Assembly: GCA_039000985.1 (NCBI GenBank)
Contig: JAWBMD010000002.1
Span: forward strand, 1 to 64,000
Length of the DNA: 64,000 nucleotides
Direction of reading: 5' to 3'
Origin: Candidatus Aenigmatarchaeota archaeon
GTDB lineage: Archaea; Aenigmatarchaeota; Aenigmatarchaeia; CG10238-14; SpSt-28
Numbering within the stretch: position 1 is the stretch's first letter; every line of letters begins with the position of its first letter. The translations under genes and the position numbers were made by a program. Under the pieces are notes generated by a model. The model did no database searches. It saw only the letters and a list, made by a program, of their open reading frames with translations, and was not told the origin of the DNA. This document shows, in pieces, positions 41,797-51,809 of this stretch.

Positions 41797-42918
41797 ATGA
41801 TTGAGATAGCACTATTTGGTAAACCAAATGCTGGTAAAAGTAGCTTTTTCAAAGCTGCTACAATGATTGATGTAAAAATATCTCCAATACCATTTACAAC
41901 AATAGAGCCAAATAAAGGAGCTACATATGTTTCAACTAATTGTGTTTGTAAAGAATTTAATGTTAAATGCAATCCAAGAAATGGTTTTTGTTTAAATGGC
42001 ACTAGATTTATACCAATATTGCTTTGGGATATTGCTGGTCTAGTAAAAGGGGCATCTGAAGGAAGAGGAATGGGGAATAAATTTTTGGATGATGTTAGAA
42101 AGGCGGAAGCTTTAATACATGTTGTTGATTTTAGTGGAACAACAGATGAAAATGGGAATTTTACAGATGGTTATAATCCAGAAAATGACATAATTAACCT
42201 TGAAAATGAGATTGATAAATGGTTTATTGATGTTGTTAAAAGAAATGTTCAAAAAGTTAAAGATGCAAATGTAGAAAAAATTCATTCCTTGCTAAGTGGT
42301 TTAGAAGTTGATTTTAAAGATGTTGAATATTGCTTTAAAAAATTTGGATTAAAAGATTTGGAAAGCTTTGCTATTAATCTTAGAAAAATTTCAAAGCCAA
42401 TTGTAATAGCTGCTAACAAAATGGATTTAGAAAGCTCCCAAGCAAATTTCGAGCTATTAAAAGAAAAATATAATTTAATTCCAACTTCTTGTGAATATGA
42501 GATAGCTTTAAAATTAGCTTCAAAAATCAATTTAATAAATTACTTGCCAGGGAATTCGTTTGAAATAATTGGTAAGCCAAATGAAAAGCAAAAAGAAGCT
42601 TTGGATAAAATAAAAAAATTTATAGAAAAGTTTGGCTCTACTGGAGTTCAAAAAGTTTTGGATTACACAATATTCAATGTTTTGAACTATATAGTTGTTT
42701 ATCCAGTAGCTAATGAAAACACTTTAACAGATTCCGAAAATAGAGTATTGCCAGATGCATTTTTAGTTAAAAAAGGATCAACAGCATTAGACCTTGCTTA
42801 TAAAATACATACTGAAATAGGAAAAGCTTTTAAAGGAGCAATAAATGTTAGAAATGGTATGAGAGTTGGTAAAGATTATGTTTTAAATAATAATGATGTT
42901 ATAAAAATTTTAGTATGA
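41797..42918 (+). CDS. ychF: YchF/Obg-family translation-associated GTPase/ATPase with TGS domain
   Basis: GKPNAGKSS, PFTTIEPN, DIAGLVKGASEGRGMGNKFLDD, ANKMD, and C-terminal TALDLAYKIHT (TGS). Confidence 0.9.
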   Translation: MIEIALFGKPNAGKSSFFKAATMIDVKISPIPFTTIEPNKGATYVSTNCVCKEFNVKCNPRNGFCLNGTRFIPILLWDIAGLVKGASEGRGMGNKFLDDVRKAEALIHVVDFSGTTDENGNFTDGYNPENDIINLENEIDKWFIDVVKRNVQKVKDANVEKIHSLLSGLEVDFKDVEYCFKKFGLKDLESFAINLRKISKPIVIAANKMDLESSQANFELLKEKYNLIPTSCEYEIALKLASKINLINYLPGNSFEIIGKPNEKQKEALDKIKKFIEKFGSTGVQKVLDYTIFNVLNYIVVYPVANENTLTDSENRVLPDAFLVKKGSTALDLAYKIHTEIGKAFKGAINVRNGMRVGKDYVLNNNDVIKILV

Positions 42919-44279
42919 TAAAAAGAATAGTTGGAGAAGTTTTGTTGTTTTTTTCATTACTTTTTTTGGTACCAGCAATTTTTTCACTTTTTATTAAAGA
43001 GTTTATTTATTCTCTAATTTTTGATTTTACTTCTATTTTTCTTTTGGTAATAGGTCATGCTTTTAGTAAAAAGTATAAGGTTGAAAAAGAGGAGCTAATT
43101 AAAAAACCTGGTAAATTAATAATTTCTGTAGTTATTGTTTGGATTATTTTACCTTTATTTGGAGCACTTCCTTATTATTATTTTGAAAAAAATGTTTTGA
43201 ATTCAATATTTCACAGCTTTTCTGCTTGGACAACAACTGGTTTTTTATTAAAAGATTTTAATTCATTTCCATTACCATTAAAATTTTGGTTAGCTTTCGA
43301 GCAATGGTTAGGTGGTATTGGAATTATAAGCTTAGTAGTTTTTGTTTTAACACAAAGTGATGTTGTTTATGGATTATTAAAAATAGAAGGTAGGGAGGAA
43401 ATAATTGAATTTACTGCAAGACATTCATTAATAAAAATATTTAAAGTTTATTTGCTTTTAACTTTTTTGAATATTTCTGTTTTATCTTTTTCTGGTTTAA
43501 ACTTTTTAGATTCTTTACTAGTTTCATTTTCAACTTTGCCAACTGGTGGAGTAGTTAGTATTGCAAAATTAACACATGAGCAAAAAATAATTACAGAAAT
43601 ATTTACAATAATTGCAGCAATAACATTTTCTTTTTATGTTTTTATTCAAAAGCCTGAAAATTTAAAAATCATGTTTAAAGTTTATGAAAATGTGCTCTTT
43701 TTCATTTTTTATATTTTATTCGTTTTAGTATTTTTGTTTTTAATTTTCCCAAGCAATTTTTTTGATTTAGCATTTCATGCTATTTCAGCATTAACAACAA
43801 GTGGTTTTTCTTATGTTAGCTTGAACAAATTTTCAATACATATTTTAATAATTTTAATGGCAATTGGTGGGTGTGTTGCTTCTACTGCTGGTGGAATAAA
43901 AATAGATAGAATTTTAATTTTAATAAAAGGAATTTCATTAAGAATAAAACAATTTATTAGTGCAAGAGATGTTGTAGTTGTTGAGAGATTTTGTAATCAA
44001 ATATTGGATGATAAAACAATTAGTTATGCTGGTTTAATTTTGTTTTTATATTTTTTCACAGCAATTACTTTTGCTATTATTTTAAATTTTGAAGTAAAAA
44101 ACTTTACTTACTCGCTTTTTACAATTGTTTCTGCTTTGAGCAATGTTGGTTTAGAATTGGGAATTATTAGCAATTTAAGCATTTTCTCAAAAACAATTTT
44201 AATTTTAGCAATGTTTATAGGTAGGTTAGAAATAATTATTCCATTAGCATTTATACCAGCTTTACTTAAAAAATCTTGA
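42915..44279 (+). CDS. trkH: TrkH-family potassium uptake membrane protein
   Basis: Multi-TM; pore-loop motifs SAWTTTGF, TLPTGG, ALTTSGF, STAGGIK and SALSNVGL, plus MFIGRLE. Confidence 0.9.
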   Translation: MIKRIVGEVLLFFSLLFLVPAIFSLFIKEFIYSLIFDFTSIFLLVIGHAFSKKYKVEKEELIKKPGKLIISVVIVWIILPLFGALPYYYFEKNVLNSIFHSFSAWTTTGFLLKDFNSFPLPLKFWLAFEQWLGGIGIISLVVFVLTQSDVVYGLLKIEGREEIIEFTARHSLIKIFKVYLLLTFLNISVLSFSGLNFLDSLLVSFSTLPTGGVVSIAKLTHEQKIITEIFTIIAAITFSFYVFIQKPENLKIMFKVYENVLFFIFYILFVLVFLFLIFPSNFFDLAFHAISALTTSGFSYVSLNKFSIHILIILMAIGGCVASTAGGIKIDRILILIKGISLRIKQFISARDVVVVERFCNQILDDKTISYAGLILFLYFFTAITFAIILNFEVKNFTYSLFTIVSALSNVGLELGIISNLSIFSKTILILAMFIGRLEIIIPLAFIPALLKKS

Positions 44280-44483
44280 TTTTTTCAATATATAGCAGCT
44301 ATGAATTTTTTTTAATTAATGATTTTGCAAATTTTTTGTTAAAAGCAAAATAAAAAAATTGAACAAAAATCTTAAAAACTTATTCCACAATTTATGCCTA
44401 AAAGTAATTTTTGAGAAATCTCTACAACCAAAAACAACATCATATCCTTTTTTAGCTACTCCTTTACACTATATTGACCATCT
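44268..44483 (-). pseudogene. Decayed partial duplicate of the 3' half of the GT2 glycosyltransferase gene (copy of 47976-48376)
   Basis: Near-identical blocks, e.g. ttaattaatgattttgcaaattttttgttaaaagcaaaata, aattgaacaaaaatcttaaaaacttattcc and cctttacactatattgaccatct, interrupted by deletions. Confidence 0.9.
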
Positions 44484-44528
44484 ATAAGAGTTGTTGAATA
44501 TTTAAATAAAGTGTGAGAAAGTTAAATT

Positions 44529-46192
44529 ATGAAGATGAATATTGTAGCAACGGCTGTAAGTGTAGAAGAGCTTCTGAGAAGTAGGACAATATATTCTGTT
44601 CCTTTGTTTCAAAGAAATTATGCGTGGGGAGATAAAGAAATAAATGATTTTTTAGAAGATTTAGAAAGCGTCTATGAAAATAGAGAGGAAGGATATTTTT
44701 TTGGAACGATAGTCTTTGCACCACATGAAGAGAGAGAGATAAAATAAAAATTTTAGATGGGCAGCAAAGATTAGCTACTATTTTACTCTTTCTTGCTGCT
44801 ATGAGAGATGTTCTCAAATCGAGACCAAAAGAAGAAGATAATAAAAGAGCGGAAGCAATAAATGAGTTGATTTATTCGACTGATCCTATTACACTATCTA
44901 AAAAGATTAAGATAGAAATGAATAGGGAAGACAGAACATTTTTTGAAAGTATTATAATTCAAGGTCTTGTACCAGGAATAAATCGCGAATCTCATAAACT
45001 CATCAAAAATGCATATGAAACATTTAAGGAGTACATTAGAAGAAAGATAGAAGATGATGAAAATTTTCCAAAGAGAGTTTTGGATATCATTCTAAGTAAA
45101 TTTATTTTCATAAAAATAGAAGTTGGAAGTGATTTAAATGCGCATTTAATATTTGAGACGCTCAATGATAGGGGGCTTGAACTTAGTATTGCTGATCTTC
45201 TAAAAAATTATATTTTTTCTATTTCTGGACAATATCTAGATTACATAATAGTTAAATGGAAAGAAATGGTAGATAATGTTGGAGAACATAATGTTAGTAA
45301 ATTTTTAAGGCATTTTTGGTGTTCATCAAAAGAGTTAATAAGAAAGGAAGATGTTTATAAAAAAATAAAGAATGTTATAAGAAGTTCAGAAGAAGCTAAA
45401 AAATTTATAGAAGAACTCTGTGAAGAGGGGCTTGTCTACACTAATCTTGTTAATCCTGATCATCAATTTTGGAGTGATAGGGAAGTTGAAGATCTTCTAA
45501 ATGAGCTTAATATATTAGGAGTAGAGCAGGTTCTTATAATTTTATTGTCCCTTTACAAAAGATTTTTTAAGACAGAGAAAGAAAATTTCAAAAAGTTGCT
45601 AAAAAACTTGATAAACTTTACATTTAGATATAGTACAATATGTAATCTTAACCCAAATAAAATGGAAAGGTTATACAGTGAAGTAGCAGTAAAACTTAGG
45701 AACAATATGTTAGGTGTTGAAGATGTTATAGAGAAACTTAAAGAGTTAGATCCAAATGATATGACTTTTATTCAATGTTTTTCGGAAAAAGACGTTAAGA
45801 ATACTAAATTAGCTAAGTATATTTTAGTAAAATTGAATAACCATCTACTTATTAACATGGGTGAAAAAGAAAAAACTACGAGTATTAGTAAGGTCAATCT
45901 TGAACATATAATTCCAAGGAAACCAGATAAGGAATGGGAAGAGTTCTTTCAAAAAAATAACATAGATCCAGAGAAATGGAAACAAAAGCTTGGTAATATG
46001 ACAATTTTGTTAAAAGAATATAATAGAAAAATCGCTAATAAGTACTTCACAAAAAAGAAAGAGATGTATAAGAAATCAACACTACCGATCAATCAAAAAC
46101 TTAAAGAGTATGAACAATTTGGACCTAAGGAAATAATAGAAAGGCAACAAGTGATGGCAGAAATTGCAAAAAATATATGGAAAGTTGGATAA
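44529..46192 (+). pseudogene. GmrSD-like DUF262 + DUF1524(HNH) protein, frameshifted at an (AG)5 tract
   Basis: VPLFQRNYAW in the first ORF; ILDGQQRL, IFETLNDRG, LEHIIP and LGNM..L...N in the +2 frame. Deleting one AG at 44729-44739 gives a continuous 553-aa ORF. Confidence 0.85.
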
Positions 46193-46213
46193 TCTAACAA
46201 ATTTTTATGTTTA

Positions 46214-47152
46214 TCACCATTTCATACTTTCTCCGAATTTACTTAATTTTTCACTTTTTTCAGGCTTTCTAAAAATGAATAAATGTTCATGTGTAATCAA
46301 ATAAAAATCATATTTCCCTCTCCATTTTTCTCTTGTTGACTTCATTTTCCACTGAAGCTTAATTATGTCCTCGCGTAAAATAAAGCCTACCTTTAAGAAA
46401 ACCTCCATTACTCTTGTTGCAATTGGAACAAAGTGTTTTCTTTTTCTGGTATCTCCAATAAGAATGGCGCAATGTTTTCCAGGTTTTAATACTCTATAAC
46501 ACTCTTTAGCAACTTTTTCCATTTCATTGATAAACTCATCAATATTTTTTACATTAGATATATCACCTTCAATTTTGTTTTTTGTAAACTTTACTATGTT
46601 AGCATAAGGTGGATGAGTAGCTATAAGGTCTATACTTTCATCTTGAACTAGATCTAAATTTCTTGCATCACCAACATAAGTTTTTATTTCTGGATCATAT
46701 TTGTACTTAAAATCCAATCTATTTCTTGTAACCATTATTGCATCAAGATTTATATCAACCCCTATACCTCTTCTGTTTAAGAGTTTGCATTCAACAAGTG
46801 TAGTTCCAGAACCCACCATTTGATCTAAAACTAAATCATTTTCCTTTGTAAATCTTAAAATCAAATTTCTTGGAATATATGGAGACCAATTAGCCCTATA
46901 GTTTCCTTTATGAGTTGCCCATTCACCTCTTTCGGGAAAAGACCATACAGTAGTAGTCTCTAACTTAAATTCTTTTGGTTCATATTCATTTATTATGTGA
47001 TTTTTCACCAATGGAACTTTAACATTTTCAATAACAACAAAATCATGAGTTTTTAAGAAATCGATATATTCTTCTTGAGTAATCTCTTTCATTCCCCCAT
47101 AAGCTGGAGAAGTTACTACTGTTTTTTGATTTTTTGTAAGTTCAGTTTCCAT
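46214..47152 (-). CDS. DNA amino-methyltransferase (N6-A/N4-C family)
   Basis: SAM-binding VLDQMVGSGTT, catalytic ATHPPY, CYRVLKPGK and HEHLFIFRK. Confidence 0.85.
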   Translation of the reverse strand: METELTKNQKTVVTSPAYGGMKEITQEEYIDFLKTHDFVVIENVKVPLVKNHIINEYEPKEFKLETTTVWSFPERGEWATHKGNYRANWSPYIPRNLILRFTKENDLVLDQMVGSGTTLVECKLLNRRGIGVDINLDAIMVTRNRLDFKYKYDPEIKTYVGDARNLDLVQDESIDLIATHPPYANIVKFTKNKIEGDISNVKNIDEFINEMEKVAKECYRVLKPGKHCAILIGDTRKRKHFVPIATRVMEVFLKVGFILREDIIKLQWKMKSTREKWRGKYDFYLITHEHLFIFRKPEKSEKLSKFGESMKW

Positions 47153-47227
47153 ATTTTAATTATAGAAAAAGGAAATTTTTATAGACCAAATTTTATATAA
47201 CTTTTCATAATCACAATCTTATAAAAT

Positions 47228-47806
47228 TTACCTTCTGAATTTTGGAACTATATCTAAATTAGCAGAAAGTAAAGCTTCTACTGGATGAACTCCAAGAAGA
47301 ATATCACAAAATAATGAAATAGCCAACTGACTCCCCCTTCTATTTTCTGGTACTTCGACTTTTGCTAGCTTACATTTATTATCAAGTATTTGTTGAAGTT
47401 TTGCTGGTCTGCCTGTGAAATTAATATCTTCCTGCTCTAAAATCCATTTTAAAGCATAAAGAATATAATCTAAATTGTATCCTGGGAGATTGACTAAATC
47501 TTTAAGATATTTTGTCAAGACATCCTTTACTGGCTTACCGTGCCAAACTTCAATAATTGCTCGAAAAACTTTTTCTGCTTTCTCTCGGTTATAACAGAGT
47601 TTTCCATAAAAATCTATAGCAAAATGAGCGTGTTTTGGAGTGTAAAATTTCAATTTTTCTGGTTCGTAGATAGTTCTGACTTTAAAATCATTTTTCGATT
47701 TAGAGTTTTCCGTTTTAACTAAAATCCAACCATTTGAAAGTTCTACAATATCTAATACTTTCTTTTTATTTTTACCTTTTCCTAGGAAATCTCCAACTTT
47801 AATCAT
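47228..47806 (-). CDS. Hypothetical protein, candidate restriction endonuclease partner of the MTase
   Basis: 192-aa soluble ORF directly upstream of, and co-oriented with, the MTase in a defence island; no family recognised. Confidence 0.55.
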   Translation of the reverse strand: MIKVGDFLGKGKNKKKVLDIVELSNGWILVKTENSKSKNDFKVRTIYEPEKLKFYTPKHAHFAIDFYGKLCYNREKAEKVFRAIIEVWHGKPVKDVLTKYLKDLVNLPGYNLDYILYALKWILEQEDINFTGRPAKLQQILDNKCKLAKVEVPENRRGSQLAISLFCDILLGVHPVEALLSANLDIVPKFRR

Positions 47807-47970
47807 AAATTATTATTCTAATTAAACTATTTTTATACAGTGAAAATTTTCTACTTGAAACTTGAAGAAGTTGAAAGTATATGGAAGAGAATTTGATAGA
47901 TATTGTAAAGTATTCAACTGTTAGAAAATCAAAAATATTTTAACATTATAGGAAAGATAGGTAAAATACA

Positions 47971-48633
47971 TTATCTAAAAAATCTTGATTTTATTAAAAA
48001 AATAGAGATAGCACCAACAACTCTAATTCCTTTTATTATGCTTGCAATTTTTTTATATTTTACATTAACTTTTACTTGGGTTATTTTAAAATTATTTTTT
48101 ATAGCATTTAAAAGTACAGATGCTTCCAATATATAACCACCATGAATTTTTTTAATTAATGATTTTGCAAATTTTTTGTTAAAAGCAAAATAGCCGCAAG
48201 CAACATCTTTCATTTTTTTGCAAAATAAAAAATTGAACAAAAATCTTAAAAACTTATTCCCTAATTTATGCCTAAAAGGAATTTTTGAGAAATCTCTATA
48301 ACCAAAAACAACATCATATCCTTTTTTAACAAGCTCAATCATTTTTAATGAATCCTTTACACTATATTGACCATCTGAATCAGCAACAACAAAAATTTCA
48401 TATTTATTTAAATTTTTTAACAAAGCTGTTTTTATTGCTTCTGCTTTACCTTTATTTTTCTCATGCTTTAAAACTTTTTTTGTATATTTCTTTGCAATTT
48501 CAAAAGTTTTATCTTTGCTTCCATCATCAACTACAACAATATTTTTATAATATTTTTTTGCTTCTTTCAAAACATTTTCTATGTTTTTTTCTTCATTATA
48601 TGCAGGAAATATTATCAATACATTCTCATCCAT
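47971..48633 (-). CDS. Glycosyltransferase family 2 (DPM1-like)
   Basis: IIFPAYNEE, VVVDDGSKDKT, NKGKAEA, DSDGQY, and KDVACGY. Confidence 0.92.
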   Translation of the reverse strand: MDENVLIIFPAYNEEKNIENVLKEAKKYYKNIVVVDDGSKDKTFEIAKKYTKKVLKHEKNKGKAEAIKTALLKNLNKYEIFVVADSDGQYSVKDSLKMIELVKKGYDVVFGYRDFSKIPFRHKLGNKFLRFLFNFLFCKKMKDVACGYFAFNKKFAKSLIKKIHGGYILEASVLLNAIKNNFKITQVKVNVKYKKIASIIKGIRVVGAISIFLIKSRFFR

Positions 48634-48660
48634 AAATTTTAAATATTAAATTATTTTCAT

Positions 48661-49374
48661 ATGGGGAAAAGAATAATAGCAAGGGCAAGAGGTCATGGAA
48701 GCTTCACATATAGAGCACCTTCTCATAGATATTTATGCAAAATTAGTTTTTTGCCATTTATAGAAAATTTAAGTATTAAAGGTAAGGTTGTTGATATATT
48801 GGATGATGTTGGTAAGTCAGCTCCAGTTGCTTTAATAAAACTTGAAAATGGGCAAGAAATTTATCATATAGCTGTGGAAGGTCTCTATGTTGGGCAAGAA
48901 ATTAAATATGATGGTGAAGTAAATATAGGTAATGTTGTTCAATTAAAAAATATTCCTTTAGGAACTAAAGTTTGTTGTATAGAAAGTTATCCAGGTTCTG
49001 GACCAAAATTTTGTAGAAGTGCTGGTACTGCTGCAATAGTTGTTGGTCAATCTCCAAGCAAAACAATTTTACAATTCCCATCTAATAAAACAATAGAGCT
49101 TGATAATAGATGTAGATGTATAATTGGTGTGCCAGCTGGTTCTGGAATTAAAGAAAAGCCATGGTTAAAAGCTGGTGATAAATATAGAGCAATGAAAGCA
49201 AGAAACAAGCTATTTCCAAGAACTAAAGGTGTTGTGATGAATGCTGTTGATCATCCTTGGGGAGGGAAAAGCCATAGACCAAGACCTTCAAGAGCTGTTT
49301 CAAGACATGCTCCACCAGGTGCTAAGGTTGGTTCAATCTCACCAAAAAGATTGGGAAAAAAGAAAAAAGGTTAA
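48661..49374 (+). CDS. rpl2: 50S ribosomal protein uL2 (archaeal type)
   Basis: MGKRIIARARGHGS...RAPSHR, RSAGT, and GVVMNAVDHPWGG...SRHAPPGAKVGSI. Confidence 0.96.
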   Translation: MGKRIIARARGHGSFTYRAPSHRYLCKISFLPFIENLSIKGKVVDILDDVGKSAPVALIKLENGQEIYHIAVEGLYVGQEIKYDGEVNIGNVVQLKNIPLGTKVCCIESYPGSGPKFCRSAGTAAIVVGQSPSKTILQFPSNKTIELDNRCRCIIGVPAGSGIKEKPWLKAGDKYRAMKARNKLFPRTKGVVMNAVDHPWGGKSHRPRPSRAVSRHAPPGAKVGSISPKRLGKKKKG

Positions 49375-49646
49375 CCTATATAAGTAGTGCTACTTGTTTT
49401 TTCCTCAAGCTTATTCAATTGTTCACTTAATATAGCTAGCAAGCTTTTTGCTGTTAGCTTTGAAATAGTTATATCAGCAATAACTCTTTTACCTTCTATT
49501 GTAAAAAATTTTAGATTTACATAAGCCTCTTTTTCATCCTTACTAGTTTTTACTCTAATTGAAACAACTACTTCATCTGCAAACAAAGGTTTTATATCAG
49601 ATGGAATATTTAGCTGTATTTCTTTCTCCATTTTATATATACCCAA
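49371..49646 (-). CDS. Small hypothetical protein (DUF3467-like fold suspected)
   Basis: PLFADEVVV...V.L.F...RVIADITIS...AKSLL..L...L pattern resembles DUF3467-type proteins. Confidence 0.55.
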   Translation of the reverse strand: MGIYKMEKEIQLNIPSDIKPLFADEVVVSIRVKTSKDEKEAYVNLKFFTIEGKRVIADITISKLTAKSLLAILSEQLNKLEEKTSSTTYIG

Positions 49647-49860
49647 TTTCTTTATATTTTTTAGTTATTTCTTCTCTACTTTTATTGCAGTTTGAGCATC
49701 TTTCACTTAAAACAAGAGTTTCTCCCTTTGATTTTAATATTTGAGTTTTTTTACCACTTCTCATACCAGTTCTTTTCACAACAGTAACAGTTGGTCTAAT
49801 AACTACTTTTATTGTTTCTGCATTACAAAATGGGCATTCCCAAACTAGCTTTCTTATCAT
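49633..49860 (-). CDS. Small zinc-ribbon protein
   Basis: CPFC...CSNC pairs in a 75-aa basic ORF. Confidence 0.7.
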   Translation of the reverse strand: MIRKLVWECPFCNAETIKVVIRPTVTVVKRTGMRSGKKTQILKSKGETLVLSERCSNCNKSREEITKKYKEIGYI

Positions 49861-49893
49861 AATTTATTATCCATACAAAAATATTTAATTATT

Positions 49894-50580
49894 ATGTTCG
49901 CTATAGAAGCAAAAGATTTAACAAAGAAATTTGGTAATATAATAGCCGTTAATAATCTTTCTTTTAAAGTAAAGGAAGGAACATTTTATGGAATTGTTGG
50001 ACCAAATGGGTCTGGAAAAACAACAACAGTAAGAATTTTAACAGGACAAATAAAGCCAGATAAAGGAAATGCAAAAGTTTGCAATATTGATATAAAAAAT
50101 TATTTGGAAGTTAGAAAAGTTACTGGAATTGTTCCAGAAGAAGAATATCCACCAAGTTTTTTAACTGTTGAAGAATATTTGGAATTTGTTTGTAAAATTA
50201 GAAATGTTGAAAACTTTAAAGAAAAAATAGATTTTTGGCTAAATTTTTTAAATTTTGAAAATTTTAGGAATTATTTAATAAAAGATTTATCTAGAGGTAC
50301 AAAGCAAAAAGTAATGTTAACACAAGCATTTATTCACGAACCAAAAGTTGTTTTCATGGACGAACCATTTATAAACATAGATCCAATAGTGCAAGAGAAA
50401 TTTAAAAAATTTTTGAGAAATTATGTTAAAAATGGAAAAACAATAGTTTTTTGTACACATATTTTACCATTGGCTAAAGAAATATGCAATGAAATTGGAA
50501 TAATGAAAAATGGAAAAATAATAAAAACTGTTAAACCAAAAAATATAGAAAAGGAATTTTTCAAAATTTTTGGTAAATGA
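49894..50580 (+). CDS. ABC transporter ATP-binding protein
   Basis: Walker A GPNGSGKTT, signature LSRGTKQK, Walker B VFMDEP, H-loop CTH. Confidence 0.93.
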   Translation: MFAIEAKDLTKKFGNIIAVNNLSFKVKEGTFYGIVGPNGSGKTTTVRILTGQIKPDKGNAKVCNIDIKNYLEVRKVTGIVPEEEYPPSFLTVEEYLEFVCKIRNVENFKEKIDFWLNFLNFENFRNYLIKDLSRGTKQKVMLTQAFIHEPKVVFMDEPFINIDPIVQEKFKKFLRNYVKNGKTIVFCTHILPLAKEICNEIGIMKNGKIIKTVKPKNIEKEFFKIFGK

Positions 50581-51800
50581 TATTTGAACTTTTCAAAATA
50601 ATGATGAGGGAAGAAATAAGAATACATACAAAATTATTTCCATCAATTTTCTTTTATTCATTACCATTTTTTGTTTTTGCATTTTCATTTCTTTTATCAA
50701 TTTTTGTTTTAAATGTTTATAGCTTGCTTCCAATTTTTATTTCAATTTTTTTAATAATTGGAATAGCAAGTGGTGGTTATACGATACATTTTAGAGAAGT
50801 ATATTTAAGGAAATTCCCTCATTTGAATTTTTTGCTTTATACTTATTATTCATTTCCAATAAAAAATGAAAAAATAGTTTTTGCCTTGTTTTTAAAAGAG
50901 ATAACATTTTTTACATTTTGGATATTTTTACCATTAACATTAGGACTTTTCAAGTTTGATTTATATTCTTTATTTGTTTCTTTTTCTTTTTATTTGCTGG
51001 GAAATTCATCATCTTTTTTACTTTCCAATTTTTATAATAGAAAAATAATTTTGATTCCATTAATAATTTTGTTTGCTACTTTTTTCACTTACTTTTTTAA
51101 TTTTTTGTTTTCTTATCCAATAATTAACTTGCTAACTTCTTTTTCACTTTTGCTCATTTCAATTAAAACTTTGGATATAGAATATAAAGCAAGAAGCTTG
51201 ACTCACAAAAATTATTTTAGCAAAATATACAAGCTTATTAAAAATCCTTTGCTTGTTAAAGATTTAATTGATTTTAAAAGAAGCTATGGTTTTGCTAGAG
51301 CAATTTTTTCTATAATAATTCCTTTATTTTTAGCTTACTTTTTATTTCAAGTAATGGTTTCAATAGGAATTAAAGTAGATTTTGAAAAATTTTTCTCAAT
51401 GATGATTGGTTTTGTTTCAATAACTTTTTATGATGTTCTAACAGAATTTGACAGATGGGTTTTTTATTCAATTTTTCCTTTAAGAAAGAACAATGTAATA
51501 AAATCGAAAGCAGGCATTTCAATAATTTTCTCAACTTTGGTAATTTTCTTGTTTTCTATTTTAGGTTTTGCAAATTTTTTAATATCTTTTATAAGCATGC
51601 TTTATTTGCTTTCAATAATAATTTTTTTAGTTGGTTTGGATACAATGCTTTTGTTTGATATAAGGAGAATTCTTTTATTTTCAGTTTTGTTTGTTCCATT
51701 CTTTTTATTTGTTTTATTTTTTTATAAAGCTTTATATACTTTTTTATTTTTGATTATTTCAGTTTTTTTACTATTTTTAGGATTTAAAAAGTTTGACTAA
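50577..51800 (+). CDS. ABC transporter permease (multi-TM)
   Basis: Highly hydrophobic 407-aa ORF translationally coupled (ATGA overlap) to the ABC ATPase. Confidence 0.8.
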   Translation: MIFELFKIMMREEIRIHTKLFPSIFFYSLPFFVFAFSFLLSIFVLNVYSLLPIFISIFLIIGIASGGYTIHFREVYLRKFPHLNFLLYTYYSFPIKNEKIVFALFLKEITFFTFWIFLPLTLGLFKFDLYSLFVSFSFYLLGNSSSFLLSNFYNRKIILIPLIILFATFFTYFFNFLFSYPIINLLTSFSLLLISIKTLDIEYKARSLTHKNYFSKIYKLIKNPLLVKDLIDFKRSYGFARAIFSIIIPLFLAYFLFQVMVSIGIKVDFEKFFSMMIGFVSITFYDVLTEFDRWVFYSIFPLRKNNVIKSKAGISIIFSTLVIFLFSILGFANFLISFISMLYLLSIIIFLVGLDTMLLFDIRRILLFSVLFVPFFLFVLFFYKALYTFLFLIISVFLLFLGFKKFD

Positions 51801-51809
51801 CAATATTTT

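Noticed and set aside
41757..42002. Short opposite-strand ORFs over ychF, minD, GT2, ABC, DHH and other genes
   Set aside because: They overlap well-supported genes and are explained as shadow ORFs.
47807..47970. Coding-looking fragment at the island's right edge
   Set aside because: Only ~15-20-codon frames; cannot assign it as a gene or pseudogene.
44484..47970. Island as an autonomous mobile element
   Set aside because: No integrase, transposase or terminal inverted repeats seen.
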